Source: an uncultured Zetaproteobacteria bacterium (GTDB taxonomy: Bacteria > Pseudomonadota > Zetaproteobacteria > Mariprofundales > Mariprofundaceae). Taken from it: a stretch of DNA of 64,000 bases. The notes beneath the pieces are model-generated. The model was given only the letters and a program-made list of their open reading frames with translations, made no database searches and was not told the origin of the DNA. Positions 54,683 to 64,000 of this stretch are shown piece after piece. Position numbers and translations under genes: made by a program. The stretch is from the NCBI GenBank assembly GCA_964398225.1, contig CAYNLY010000001.1:16975-80974 (forward strand), in the 5' to 3' direction. The first letter of the stretch is position 1, and each line of letters begins with the position of its first letter.

Positions 54683-55501
54683 ATGAACGATCGTGAACAG
54701 GGCCGGGAGCTTCGCCGTCGGGCGCTCGAGGCGCTCCGAACTCCGGATCCCGACGCGAAACTGAGCCGGGTGCGCGAGCTTGCCCGCGGGCGGGGTGCAC
54801 TTACCGTCGATCCGAAACTGCGGCTTTCGATGGACGGCGTGCCCGGCCGTCCCGAACGCCCCGAACTCGTGCCTCCGCAGTCCGTGCCGCGCCGGGGCTT
54901 CGGCACGCGTGAGGGCAGGGCCGCGACGATGCATGCGATCGCGCACATCGAGTTCAACGCGATCAATCTGGCGCTGGATGCCGTGTGCCGGTTTGCCGGG
55001 ATGCCGGAGGAGTATTACCGGGACTGGGCGCGGGTGGCGGCCGAGGAGGCCTACCATTTCGAGCTCGTGCGCGCGCATCTGCGCCATCTGGGCTTCGACT
55101 ACGGCGATTTCGCCGCCCACAACGGGCTGTGGGAGATGGCCGAGAAGACGGCCGGCGATGTGCTCGAGCGCATGGCGCTGGTGCCGCGGGTGCTCGAGGC
55201 GCGGGGGCTGGACGTGACGCCCCGCATCCAGGCGAAGCTTCGCGCGGCAGGCGATGCGCACGCGGCGCGGATTCTCGACATCATTCATCAGGACGAGGTG
55301 GGGCATGTGGCCCTGGGCGGGCGATGGTTCGCGTGGTTGTGCCGGAGGCGGGGGCTGGATGTCGCGGAAACCTTCCGGAGGCTTCTCGCCCGTCACTTCC
55401 CGAACGGTCTGAGCGGGCCGTTCGGTCTCGATATTCGCCGTCGGGCCGGATTTTCCGAAGCGGAGCTCAGGGTGCTGACCGCGATGGACGCCCCGGATTG
55501 A
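54683..55501 (+). CDS. ferritin-like DUF455 family protein
   Basis: Start trimmed to ATG 54683. Di-iron-like motifs HIEFNAINLALD, EEAYHFELV and HQDEVGHVALG. Confidence 0.7.
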   Translation: MNDREQGRELRRRALEALRTPDPDAKLSRVRELARGRGALTVDPKLRLSMDGVPGRPERPELVPPQSVPRRGFGTREGRAATMHAIAHIEFNAINLALDAVCRFAGMPEEYYRDWARVAAEEAYHFELVRAHLRHLGFDYGDFAAHNGLWEMAEKTAGDVLERMALVPRVLEARGLDVTPRIQAKLRAAGDAHAARILDIIHQDEVGHVALGGRWFAWLCRRRGLDVAETFRRLLARHFPNGLSGPFGLDIRRRAGFSEAELRVLTAMDAPD

Positions 55502-56144
55502 GGATGTCGAGGATCTCGTCGAGTCCGCCGGAGCGGATGCAGACGTCGGCTTCGGCTTCCACCTTCGGTTTGGCGTGGAAGGCGATGCCAAGGCCTGCCG
55601 CCCGGATCATCGGCAGATCGTTGGCTCCGTCGCCCACGGCGACGGTCTGTTCGATGGGAATGCCGAACGCGGCCGCCTGCTCGAGCAGCGTGCGCCGCTT
55701 GACCTCGCCATCCACGATGTCGCCCAGGACCGCGCCGGTCAGGCGCCCGTCCCGGATTTCCAGCTCGTTCGCGCACGCATAGTCCAGACCGAGCCTTGCC
55801 TTCAGGCGCTCGGTGAAGCGTGTGAAGCCGCCGGAAACGAGCCCCACCTTCCAGCCGTGGCGCTTGAGTTCGCCGATCAGTCGCTCCGCGCCGTCGGTGA
55901 GCCGCACACGGTCCCGGTACACCTCATCGAGCACCGAGGCCTCAAGGCCGGCCAGCAGTTGCACGCGCGCGATCAGCGATTCGGCGAAGTCGATTTCGCC
56001 ACGCATCGCGCGCTCGGTGATCGCGGCCACTTCCTTCCTGATGCCGAGGAAGTCGGCGATTTCGTCGATGCATTCGCACCGGATCAGCGTGGAGTCCATG
56101 TCCATCTGCAGCAGGCCGGGGCGGCTCAGGGTGGGGCGGTTCAC
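55467..56144 (-). CDS. serB: phosphoserine phosphatase SerB (HAD domain only)
   Basis: HAD motif I DMDSTLI, motif II VSGGF and motif IV GDGANDL. The GTG start at 56144 overlaps the mfd stop (GTGA). The ORF-track extension to 57002 lies inside mfd and was rejected. Confidence 0.82.
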   Translation of the reverse strand: MNRPTLSRPGLLQMDMDSTLIRCECIDEIADFLGIRKEVAAITERAMRGEIDFAESLIARVQLLAGLEASVLDEVYRDRVRLTDGAERLIGELKRHGWKVGLVSGGFTRFTERLKARLGLDYACANELEIRDGRLTGAVLGDIVDGEVKRRTLLEQAAAFGIPIEQTVAVGDGANDLPMIRAAGLGIAFHAKPKVEAEADVCIRSGGLDEILDILNPGRPSRSAP

Positions 56145-59100
56145 GAGGGCATCTCCTGGGTGTCGGCGGCGTGGGCCGCATCCTCGATAAGCTCGTCGAG
56201 GAAGGCAACGGCCGCGGCAAGCCATGCCCGAGGCTCCTCGTCCGGAAACAGCAGGGTTAGGTTGCCGTCGGGCGTCAGGCGGAAGCGATGGGGCTCGGCC
56301 TGAACGCGGGCGATCATCCGCGCCGGATCCACCGGCGAGTCGGGGGTGAAATCGAGCTTCAGGCCCTGGGCGGTGCGGCGGATCGCGGAAATCGCGAGGC
56401 GCTGCGCGCGCCAGCGCAGCCGTGCGCCTTCGAGGGCCAGACGCGCCTCGTCCGGCATTCGCCCGAACCGGTCGGTCATTTCCTCGAACAGGGCCGTGAT
56501 CCCGGCATCGGAATGCACGCGCGCAAGCCTCCGGTACATCGCCAGGCGTTCGCCCTGCTGCGGGATGTAGTCGGGCGGCAGGATCATCGGAAGCCCCAGA
56601 TGCATTTCGACCGGCTGCAAACGCGGCCGGGCCTCGCCGCGGGCCTCGGCGATCGCCTCGGCGAGCATTTCCATGTACAGATCCAGGCCGATGTCCTCGA
56701 TGCGTCCGCTCTGTTCCGCGCCCAGCAGGTTGCCCGCGCCGCGAATCTCCATGTCCTGCCGGGCCAGCAGAAAGCCCGCCCCCAGTTCCGTATGCTCGGC
56801 GATCGCCTGGAGCCGTTCGCGCGCATCCGGCGTCATCGCGCGGGGATCGGGCGTGAACAGATAGGCATAGGCCTGGCGGTGGCTTCGGCCGACGCGACCC
56901 CGAATCTGATGCAGCTGCGCAAGCCCGAGAAGGTCGGCGCGCTCGACGATCAGGGTGTTCGCGTTCGGCACGTCCAGCCCCGATTCGATGATCGTCGTGC
57001 ACACCAGCACGTTCAGCCGCCCCTCGTAGAAGGCCAGCATCTGGCGGTCCAGCATCGCCGAGGACATCTGGCCGTGGGCGACACCCACCCGCGCCTCGGG
57101 CACCTGTTCGCGGATGCGGCGGGCGATGCGCTCGATGCTGCCGACGTGGTTGTGCAGGTAATAGACCTGGCCGCCGCGGTAGAGCTCGCGGCGGATCGCC
57201 TCGTTGGCCAGGCCCGGATCGAACGGCGCGATCATCGTCCGGATCGCTTCGCGTTCAGCGGGCGGGGTGGCGATGACCGAAACCGAGCGCAGCCCCGAAA
57301 GCGTCTGATTGAGCGTGCGCGGGATCGGTGTCGCGGTGAGCGTCAGCAGGTCGCAGGACGCGTGCAGCGCCTTCAGCTTCTGCTTGTGGCGGACACCGAA
57401 ACGCTGCTCCTCGTCCACGATGACGAGCCCCAGGTTCGAAAACCGGAAGCGGTCGGACAAAAGCCGATGCGTGCCGATCACGATGTCGATGCGTCCGCGC
57501 CCGAGGCGGTCGGCGATGCGTTCGATTTCCGCCTTGCCCTGCAGGCGCGAGACGAGCGCAATCTCAAGCCCCGTGCCGGCGAAACGGTCGCTGAAGCTCG
57601 CAAAATGCTGGTTTGCGAGCACCGTTGTCGGCGCAAGCAGCGCGACCTGGCGGCCGGATGCGGCCACCAGGAAGGCGGCCCGCATCGCCACCTCGGTCTT
57701 GCCGAAACCCACGTCGCCGCAGATCACGCGGTCCATCGGCCGGTCGCTTTCGGTCAGGTCGCGCACCACCTGATCGATGGCCTCGGCCTGGTCGTCGGTC
57801 TCCTCGAACGGGAAGCGCGCGACGAACTCCTCGTAGGCGTCGAACAGCGCGCCCTCAAGCCTCAGGGGTTCGCGCCGCGCCCGCATCCTGCGCGCCTCGG
57901 TCTCGATCAGTTCGTGGGCCATGGCCAGAAGATCGCGCCGGACGCGCTCGCGCGTGCGCCGCCAGGCCTCGGAGCCCAGACGGTTCAGTTTCGGTTCGTC
58001 CGCCCCGGTGTAGCGGTGCAGCCGCGCCAGATCCTCGACCGGCACGTAGACCGAGGCCTGATCGGCGTATTCGATCCGGATGAAGTCGGCGCGCTCCTCG
58101 CCGTCGCCGATTGTTTCGATGCCGGTGAAGCGCCCGATGCCGTGGTCCTCGTGAACGACCGGATCGCCGGGTCTGAGTTCGGTGAGACTTGCGAACACGT
58201 CGGCGGCAAGCCTGCGGCTGCCACCGCGCCGGCGCGGAAGCTTCTGGCCCAGCAGTTCGCGGCCGGTCAGAAACAGACGCCGGGATTCCGGGTCGGCGAA
58301 CCCGCGCGAAAGCCACCCCAAAACCGCCACCAGGGGGGCGCTGCCGTCGTCCTCGTCGAGACGATCGAGCGCGCGCACGGCGCCAAGCGAACTTGCGGCT
58401 TCGATCAGCCGCTCCCGCTGGCCCGGACCGTGGCCGACGAGAACGATCCGCCATCCCGCCTGCAGCCGCTCGTTCAGCGCCGCAATCAGCGCGTGCAGCG
58501 GGCGCGGGTGTTCCTGGAAATCGTCGAGGCCTGGGGCGGACTCAAGGCGGGAAGGGGGAAGCGAGCGCGCCTCGATTTTTGTTTCGGTCGCGTACAGCTC
58601 CTGCGGAGCGATCACGGGCTCGCCGCTTGCGCGTACGAGCTCGAACTGATCGCGCACTTGCGCCGCAAAGCGCAGCCGGGCTTCCTCGATGTCCGCCGGC
58701 GCCAGAATCCGCGCGTTTGCGGGGAGATAGTCGCCCAGGCGCGCGGTGCGCGGGTAGGCGAGCGGAAGCAGGGATTCGATGCCGGGATGCGGCCGGCCTT
58801 CCTGCGCCGAGACGAGAAGCGGATGCTTTCGGTGCTGAGGAAAGCGGGCGCGGAACGCGGCCACGAAGCGCCTGATGCCCGCCTCGTCCAGGATCACCTC
58901 GCGCGCGGGCACCGATTCGAAGCGATCGAGGTGCTCGGTCGAACGCTGGGTTTCCGGATCGAAATGCCGGATCGAGTCGATCTCGTCGCCGAACATCTCG
59001 ATCCGGATCGGCCGCTCCTCGTTGGCCGGCCAGACATCGAGCAGGCCTCCGCGGATCGAGAACTCGCCCGGCGCCAGCACGCGCTCGGTTGCCATCATGC

Positions 59101-59521
59101 CGCTTTCGGCAAGCCGGCGGCGGATTTCGGCCAGATCCAGGCGGGCGCCTGTTGCAAGGCGCCAGACGTGCGCGCGCACCGATTCCGGCGGCGGAATCCG
59201 CTGAAGCCAGGCGGGCAGCGGGGTGAGGACAAGCCCCTGGGGTTCGGGTTCGTTCAACAGCCGGGCGAGTGTGGCGAACCGTTCGCCGACGATCGCCTGA
59301 TGCGGGCTTACCCGGTCGTAGGGAAGCATCTCCCAGGCGGGGAAGCGCCAGAGCCGCTCCCTTTGGCCCTGGAGGAAGAAGGCCAGCTCCTCGGACAGCT
59401 GCCGGTAGGCGGCCAGATCCGGGCAGATCCACACATGCAGACCCGGCTGGAGCGCAAGCCGCGCCAGCCGCCAGGCCAGTCCGATCGGTTCGGAGCTAAG
59501 ATCAGGCATCGGGCGCGGCAT
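56141..59521 (-). CDS. mfd: transcription-repair coupling factor
   Basis: Start trimmed to ATG 59521. The protein has a UvrB-homology N-terminus and a CarD/RID block (GDPVVHEDHGIGRF). Its superfamily 2 helicase motifs are GDVGFGKTEVA, DEEQRFG and QLHQIRGRVGRS, followed by a TRG motif. Confidence 0.95.
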   Translation of the reverse strand: MPRPMPDLSSEPIGLAWRLARLALQPGLHVWICPDLAAYRQLSEELAFFLQGQRERLWRFPAWEMLPYDRVSPHQAIVGERFATLARLLNEPEPQGLVLTPLPAWLQRIPPPESVRAHVWRLATGARLDLAEIRRRLAESGMMATERVLAPGEFSIRGGLLDVWPANEERPIRIEMFGDEIDSIRHFDPETQRSTEHLDRFESVPAREVILDEAGIRRFVAAFRARFPQHRKHPLLVSAQEGRPHPGIESLLPLAYPRTARLGDYLPANARILAPADIEEARLRFAAQVRDQFELVRASGEPVIAPQELYATETKIEARSLPPSRLESAPGLDDFQEHPRPLHALIAALNERLQAGWRIVLVGHGPGQRERLIEAASSLGAVRALDRLDEDDGSAPLVAVLGWLSRGFADPESRRLFLTGRELLGQKLPRRRGGSRRLAADVFASLTELRPGDPVVHEDHGIGRFTGIETIGDGEERADFIRIEYADQASVYVPVEDLARLHRYTGADEPKLNRLGSEAWRRTRERVRRDLLAMAHELIETEARRMRARREPLRLEGALFDAYEEFVARFPFEETDDQAEAIDQVVRDLTESDRPMDRVICGDVGFGKTEVAMRAAFLVAASGRQVALLAPTTVLANQHFASFSDRFAGTGLEIALVSRLQGKAEIERIADRLGRGRIDIVIGTHRLLSDRFRFSNLGLVIVDEEQRFGVRHKQKLKALHASCDLLTLTATPIPRTLNQTLSGLRSVSVIATPPAEREAIRTMIAPFDPGLANEAIRRELYRGGQVYYLHNHVGSIERIARRIREQVPEARVGVAHGQMSSAMLDRQMLAFYEGRLNVLVCTTIIESGLDVPNANTLIVERADLLGLAQLHQIRGRVGRSHRQAYAYLFTPDPRAMTPDARERLQAIAEHTELGAGFLLARQDMEIRGAGNLLGAEQSGRIEDIGLDLYMEMLAEAIAEARGEARPRLQPVEMHLGLPMILPPDYIPQQGERLAMYRRLARVHSDAGITALFEEMTDRFGRMPDEARLALEGARLRWRAQRLAISAIRRTAQGLKLDFTPDSPVDPARMIARVQAEPHRFRLTPDGNLTLLFPDEEPRAWLAAAVAFLDELIEDAAHAADTQEMPS

Positions 59522-59559
59522 GCTGCCGAAAGCCCGGCTCGCCTGCCACCGCCGGCGCT

Positions 59560-62500
59560 TCAGTTTTCGCCCAAAAAGCCCTTGAGGTCGGTCTGGTCGA
59601 ACTTGAAGCGGAAGCGCAGGTACGGGCCCTGGCGGGTGTATTCGCTGGCCGCGAAGTCCTTGTCGTAGAAGCCGGCGAAGTTGTAGCCAAGGCTCAGCCA
59701 GAGGTTGTCCACCAGCCGGTGGCCGACGGCCAGGCCGTAGGCCGGCGCGAACTGCCCGCCGTGCCAGGTGTGGAAGAGGCCCCCCTGGGCGGAGATGTCC
59801 CAGCTTTCGTTCAGGTCGTAGGTGGCCTGAAGGCCGAGCACGTCGGTGAAGGCGTTGAATCCGCCTTGGGTGAACTGTTCGCGCGCCCACTTCGCGCCGT
59901 AGTGGAAGCCGAGCTGGAAGCTCGCGGTGGGCTGCCAGTTGCCGGCCAGGTTGTTGATGTAGCGCCAGCTGGAGATGCTCGTGGCGGGATCAAGGCGACG
60001 GTCGTACAGCGCTTCAAAACGGTCGAGCAGCATCCAGCCGTCGTAATCCGGGCGCCAGGCAAGCGCCAGCGAGCCGCCGGCGGTCGTCGTCCGGGTTCCG
60101 CCCGTGCCGCGGGTGTCGCTCCACATCATGCTGAACTGCGTGCGCAGCCACTCGGCGGGATCGCCCTGGATGCCGGCCGAGAGGTTCAGCTTGCGGTCGA
60201 TGGCCGCGGTGCGGTACTCGACGCGCGTGTTCCAGACCCAGTCGCCCGGGCGGTAGGTGAGCCCGGCCGAATAGGCCGTGAAGTCGTTGTCCGTGCCGAG
60301 GCCGCTTGTGCCCGATGCGAGCGGGACGTTCAGGTTGAGCGGCGTCGCGCCCGGATGGCGGAGCGTCTTCGTCCGGTCGAAGCCTAAGTCGATCGAAAGC
60401 CGCTCGGTCGCCTGCCAGGTCTGCTGGAGCCCCACGTTCGCAAAGCTTCGGGGTCCGCTTTCGCCGAGCTGCTGCTCGTAGCTCGTCGAAAGCTGCGCGC
60501 CGTTCCAGGGCCGCGTCTTCACGCCCAGCCGGGTCGTGGCGCTGTTCTGCAGGTCGCCGACGGTCCATTCGTGCGTCGCCGACAGCGTCGTTGCGTCGGT
60601 CAGGCGGTAGTCGGCGCCGATGCTGGTCCGGGTCGGGAAGTCCACGCTGTTCGTGCCCTTGCCCAGGTTCTGTTCGCGGTTGACCTGCAGCGAGAGCCGG
60701 TCGGTCACCTGCACGCCGGCGCCCGCCGTCAGCTGATTCGAGCGCGTCCGGTTGCCGGCGCCGTCCCGGTCGCGGACCGAACGGGCGCCGAGCTGCGCGT
60801 TGAAGCGCCCGTTCTGCCAGCGGGTCTGCGCCTGCGCCATGTCCCGGCGCGCGCCGGTGCCGAGATTCTCCTGCCGGAAGCCTTCGCCCGTGACGCTGAG
60901 ATGCTCGGTCGCGCGGAGCTCGGCCTGCGCACCGATCTTGCGGGTCGCATCCTCGCTGCCCAGCGTCTGGCCGAGGCCGAAGCCACCGTCGAGCTGGCGG
61001 GCGTAGGCCTGGGCGCGAACGCGTTGGCCCGTGTGCGTCACCTCCGCCTTCCAGGCTTTCCTGCGGGCGTTCGCCGCCGTGTCGCTCTGGGCGAGCTCGG
61101 CCTTGAGTTCGGTGCCCGCGCCCACACGCAGCGTGGCGTCCACGCCGGCCAGCCGGTTGTCCTTGCCCAGCTGGCCTTCCTGAACGAAGCTCGCGCCGAG
61201 CTCGAGCGAATCGGTCGGCTTGAAGCTTGCGCGTCCGCCGAAGTTCGTCAGCTGATCCTTCCGGTCGTCGGCCTCGTACTCGACGCGGATGTAGATCGGG
61301 TTGAGGTTCGCGTCGTGCGCCTGCACCGGCTGCTTGAAGAACAGCGTGCCCGCGATGTAGTCGATGTCGTAGTCCACGTGCCGCGTAAGCTGCCGGGACT
61401 CCAGAATCACCTCGCTGCGGAAGCGGTCGCGCGTTTCGACGAACACGGTTTCGGAGTTCGCGAGCACGTTCTTGCGCGACAGATGATACAGCCCGCTCGT
61501 GCCGTCGCCGCGGATCTCGTCCTTGACCTTGGTCTGGCTCGTGCGGCTGGCGAACGCCGTGTAGCCGAAGCGCTTGCCGCGATATTCGGACTTCAGGCCG
61601 TTCAGCGTGCGCGAGTAGCGCGAAAGCTCGGTCACCGTAAGCCCTGTGTCGAAGTCGCCGAACATCGCGTAGAAGGTGTCGCGCTCGATCTTCAGATAGA
61701 GCTTCGCGCGGCTTGAGGCGTCGTAGCGCTGCTCGGTCGCATCGCCGTAAATCGTGTAGTACCGGTTCGGATCGATCGTCTGCCGGATGCTGTTGCCGAC
61801 CACGCCCTTCGTCTTGGCCGTGTCGTAGGCGAGCGTGAGCAGGAAGTCGCCCTTCACCCGGCCCTTCGCGTAGAACGCGAGCCGGCCGTCGCGGTAGTAG
61901 CCGTCCTTCTCGGACTGCTTCGTGATCGGCTGGATGGCGCCCTTGAGGCGGTTGTAGCCCAGCGTGCCCTCGCCGAAGCCGACCAGGATCCAGTCGCGGG
62001 TTTCCGGCCGGATCCAGGCCTTGACCTCGCGCACGCCGTCTTCGAGCCGGAAGCGGAGCGTGACCTCGCCGGCCTGCATCGTGGGCTTGAGCCGGATTTC
62101 GGCGATGCCGCCGGGGCCGACGCGGTACTGCGGCTTGTAGTCGGCCGAGCGCATCGGATCGTTGGGAACACCGGCCGGGAAGTAGGGCGGCGCCACCTCG
62201 AAGTCGCCGATCATGCCCTCGCGGGCGGGGTTACCCGCGCGGTCCAGCATCCGCACGGCAATGACCGGCTCGCTGCGCCCGTCGGCGACGGCGCGGGTGT
62301 GTTCACGGTCCCATTCGACAATCGCCGGGCCGCCGGCGTAGACGACCGTGCGCTCGATCCGGGCGAGCTCCTTGCCGTTGTTGTCTTCAATCGTGGCCAC
62401 GAAGCGGTTCTCGCCGTCCTTCAGGTGCACGTTGCGCCAGTGGCTGATGGCAATCGTTCCGGCCGGATTGCGCGTTGCGCCCTCGAAGAACAGGGAGCTC

Positions 62501-64000
62501 ACCGCTTCGCCGTTGAGCCGCAGCCGCACCTTCTGGCCCGGCTTATGCCGGATCAGAACGTGCGTGGCCGGGATCGACGGCAGATCGGTTTCGGCCGGAT
62601 AGAGCCACGCCGGCTCGGCCGAGGTCTGGCGCGCAAGCCAGGCCTTCACGTCCGAGGGCTTGGGCGCTGCTACGGAAGCCTTCTTCGGAAGCGGGGCGCG
62701 CTCGTTCCAGTCGCCATGCGCCTTGGCCTCGCCCTCCGCGTGGGCGGAGCGAATTTCGGTGTCGAGGATCCGCCGCACCTGGGCGGCGTAGACGTTGACT
62801 TCGGTTCGGCGGTTCAGGGCACGGCCCGCGGCGGTCCGGTTCGAGGCGATCGGCCGGCGAGCGCCCATGCCCTTGACCGTCATCTGCTCGGGCGCAAGCC
62901 CCAGCGCCTGCCGCAGGTAGTCGGCCACCGAGCGCGCGCGCGCCTCGGACAGCACCTGATTGTTCGCGAAAATCTTGCGATGATCGGGGCGGATCCGGCG
63001 GTTGTCGGTGTGGCCGATCACCTCGATCCGGGTGATTTCGAGCTTCTTCAACTCGTTCACCAGAGCTTCGAGCTTGCCCATCATCTCGGGTTTCAGATCC
63101 GCGCTCAGCGTGTCGAAGTTCAGGTGCAGATCCACGGTTCGGGCCAGCCGCTCTTCGGCAAGTTCGTCGTGAATCGTATTCACCGCAAGTCCCGTGCGCC
63201 CGTTCGGCGTGCCCGGAGAGGCGAATCGGGCGTAGGCCACCGCCTTCTTGTCGCCGGGTTCGCCGTCGCCGGCAAGCGCCAGCCGGATCACATGCTCGGG
63301 CCTGGCCGGATCGAGTTTCCAGACGAGCCCGGTGATCGTCTGCTCGGGCTCGGCAGGATTGCCGTCCACGGTCGCGGTTCCCTTCACATAGTGCCAGCCG
63401 GCCGGGGGCAGATAGACGCCTTCGAGGCGATCGAGCCGCACCTTGTCTTCGTGCCGGATCGTCACCGTTGCCCAGACGCGCGCGCCGTCGGTGGAAAGCG
63501 CGTGATCCACGCTCAGCCGCGCAGCCGGCGGCTCGCGCCGGATCAGCCGGAAGTTCGCGCGCCAGATGCCTCCGCCACGCACCTCGACGAACTGCGAGAA
63601 CGCCCGGCCGGCAAAGCGCGTGTTCGGAAGCGGGGCGAGTTCGTACTGCCGGTGCAGCGAGTCGAGATCAATCTGCACCACATGCGTGCCGGGCGTAACC
63701 CCCTCGAAGTGGTAGAAGCCGTTTTCATCGGTCACCGTGAACGTCCCGTCCTCGAGGAACACCTTGACGCCGGCCACGCCTTCCTCGCCGGGATCGTTCC
63801 AGGCGTTGCCGTCCGTGGCCGGATGCTTGCCGTCCGCGCGCCAGCCGCCGTCGACGAACACGCGACCGACGATGAAGCCCTTGGTTCGAATCAGATCGTC
63901 GACGATCTCAAGGCTCGCGGTTGCGCGGTTCGAGCCGACCGGAAGTCCCGCGCGCTGCCCCGTAGCCGTCGCCGTATTCACGGCCGTCCCGATCCGCGCG
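59560..64000 (-). CDS. giant multidomain outer-membrane-associated protein, N-terminus outside window (Cna-B/SdrD-like + OmpA-like + Ig-like + about 810-aa beta-rich C-terminal region)
   Basis: The reading frame stays open to the window edge, and the GTG at 63981 is probably internal. The recognisable modules are:
- Cna-B/carboxypeptidase-regulatory-like module GVKVFLEDGTFTVTDENGFYHFEGVTPGTHVV (about nt 63667-63879).
- OmpA_C-like module IEVIGHTDNRRI...NQVLSEARARSVADYL...NRRTEVNV (about nt 62782-63129).
- Big_1-like segment AVADGRSEPVIAVRMLDRAGNP.
- Long C-terminal region of alternating-hydrophobic beta-strand character, ending YLRFRFKFDQTDLKGFLGEN. Confidence 0.7.
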   Translation of the reverse strand, partial: ARIGTAVNTATATGQRAGLPVGSNRATASLEIVDDLIRTKGFIVGRVFVDGGWRADGKHPATDGNAWNDPGEEGVAGVKVFLEDGTFTVTDENGFYHFEGVTPGTHVVQIDLDSLHRQYELAPLPNTRFAGRAFSQFVEVRGGGIWRANFRLIRREPPAARLSVDHALSTDGARVWATVTIRHEDKVRLDRLEGVYLPPAGWHYVKGTATVDGNPAEPEQTITGLVWKLDPARPEHVIRLALAGDGEPGDKKAVAYARFASPGTPNGRTGLAVNTIHDELAEERLARTVDLHLNFDTLSADLKPEMMGKLEALVNELKKLEITRIEVIGHTDNRRIRPDHRKIFANNQVLSEARARSVADYLRQALGLAPEQMTVKGMGARRPIASNRTAAGRALNRRTEVNVYAAQVRRILDTEIRSAHAEGEAKAHGDWNERAPLPKKASVAAPKPSDVKAWLARQTSAEPAWLYPAETDLPSIPATHVLIRHKPGQKVRLRLNGEAVSSLFFEGATRNPAGTIAISHWRNVHLKDGENRFVATIEDNNGKELARIERTVVYAGGPAIVEWDREHTRAVADGRSEPVIAVRMLDRAGNPAREGMIGDFEVAPPYFPAGVPNDPMRSADYKPQYRVGPGGIAEIRLKPTMQAGEVTLRFRLEDGVREVKAWIRPETRDWILVGFGEGTLGYNRLKGAIQPITKQSEKDGYYRDGRLAFYAKGRVKGDFLLTLAYDTAKTKGVVGNSIRQTIDPNRYYTIYGDATEQRYDASSRAKLYLKIERDTFYAMFGDFDTGLTVTELSRYSRTLNGLKSEYRGKRFGYTAFASRTSQTKVKDEIRGDGTSGLYHLSRKNVLANSETVFVETRDRFRSEVILESRQLTRHVDYDIDYIAGTLFFKQPVQAHDANLNPIYIRVEYEADDRKDQLTNFGGRASFKPTDSLELGASFVQEGQLGKDNRLAGVDATLRVGAGTELKAELAQSDTAANARRKAWKAEVTHTGQRVRAQAYARQLDGGFGLGQTLGSEDATRKIGAQAELRATEHLSVTGEGFRQENLGTGARRDMAQAQTRWQNGRFNAQLGARSVRDRDGAGNRTRSNQLTAGAGVQVTDRLSLQVNREQNLGKGTNSVDFPTRTSIGADYRLTDATTLSATHEWTVGDLQNSATTRLGVKTRPWNGAQLSTSYEQQLGESGPRSFANVGLQQTWQATERLSIDLGFDRTKTLRHPGATPLNLNVPLASGTSGLGTDNDFTAYSAGLTYRPGDWVWNTRVEYRTAAIDRKLNLSAGIQGDPAEWLRTQFSMMWSDTRGTGGTRTTTAGGSLALAWRPDYDGWMLLDRFEALYDRRLDPATSISSWRYINNLAGNWQPTASFQLGFHYGAKWAREQFTQGGFNAFTDVLGLQATYDLNESWDISAQGGLFHTWHGGQFAPAYGLAVGHRLVDNLWLSLGYNFAGFYDKDFAASEYTRQGPYLRFRFKFDQTDLKGFLGEN

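Noticed and set aside
56288-59668. 1126-aa ORF on the plus strand, exactly antisense to mfd.
   Set aside because: The translation is extremely Arg/Gly/Ala/His-rich with no recognisable motifs. The minus-strand frame encodes a textbook Mfd. This is a typical stop-codon-poor antisense frame in high-GC DNA.

Overview
High-GC proteobacterial chromosome segment. The gene order is gammaproteobacteria-like: pabC-mltG-tmk-holB, lepA-lepB-rnc-era-recO-pdxJ-acpS, and gmk-rpoZ-spoT-ridA. Coding density is very high, with many 1-14 nt start/stop overlaps. I found no rRNA, tRNA, CRISPR array, IS element or prophage. All family calls come from reading motifs in the translated ORFs, because no database search was possible.

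Most of the window is housekeeping:
- rep, ilvA, metG, cmoAB, cls, nnr, mfd, serB, hflD and others.
- 3-5162: flagellar filament module. It holds a partial sulfotransferase, a sigma-28 promoter, a short flagellin, flaG, a long fliD, fliS and a FliT-like ORF.
- 9940-11583: an orphan 547-aa protein with a PilZ-like C-terminus.
- 14332-16224: a Wzy_C/O-antigen-ligase-like protein fused to TPR repeats.
- 26711-28556: a LexA/UmuD-like repressor plus Y-family polymerase bicistron, preceded by a perfect GAAC-N4-GTTC palindrome.

The best candidate for a poorly described system is a compact, translationally coupled 8-gene type IV filament operon at 43584-52344. Its parts are a candidate sigma-54 promoter, a long-leader Cys-free pilin, an ATPase with a textbook MshEN c-di-GMP motif, a platform protein, a 385-aa Glu5-less minor pilin with a poly-Gly linker, an MshI/GspL-like fusion, PilO-like and PilP/GspC-like proteins, and a lipoprotein secretin. 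It has no prepilin peptidase, no retraction ATPase and no normal minor-pilin set.

The second candidate is a giant protein (more than 1473 aa, truncated by the window edge) at 59560-64000. It combines Cna-B/SdrD-like, OmpA-like and Ig-like modules with a C-terminal beta-rich region of about 810 aa.

Many very long antisense ORFs are GC-driven artefacts and were rejected.
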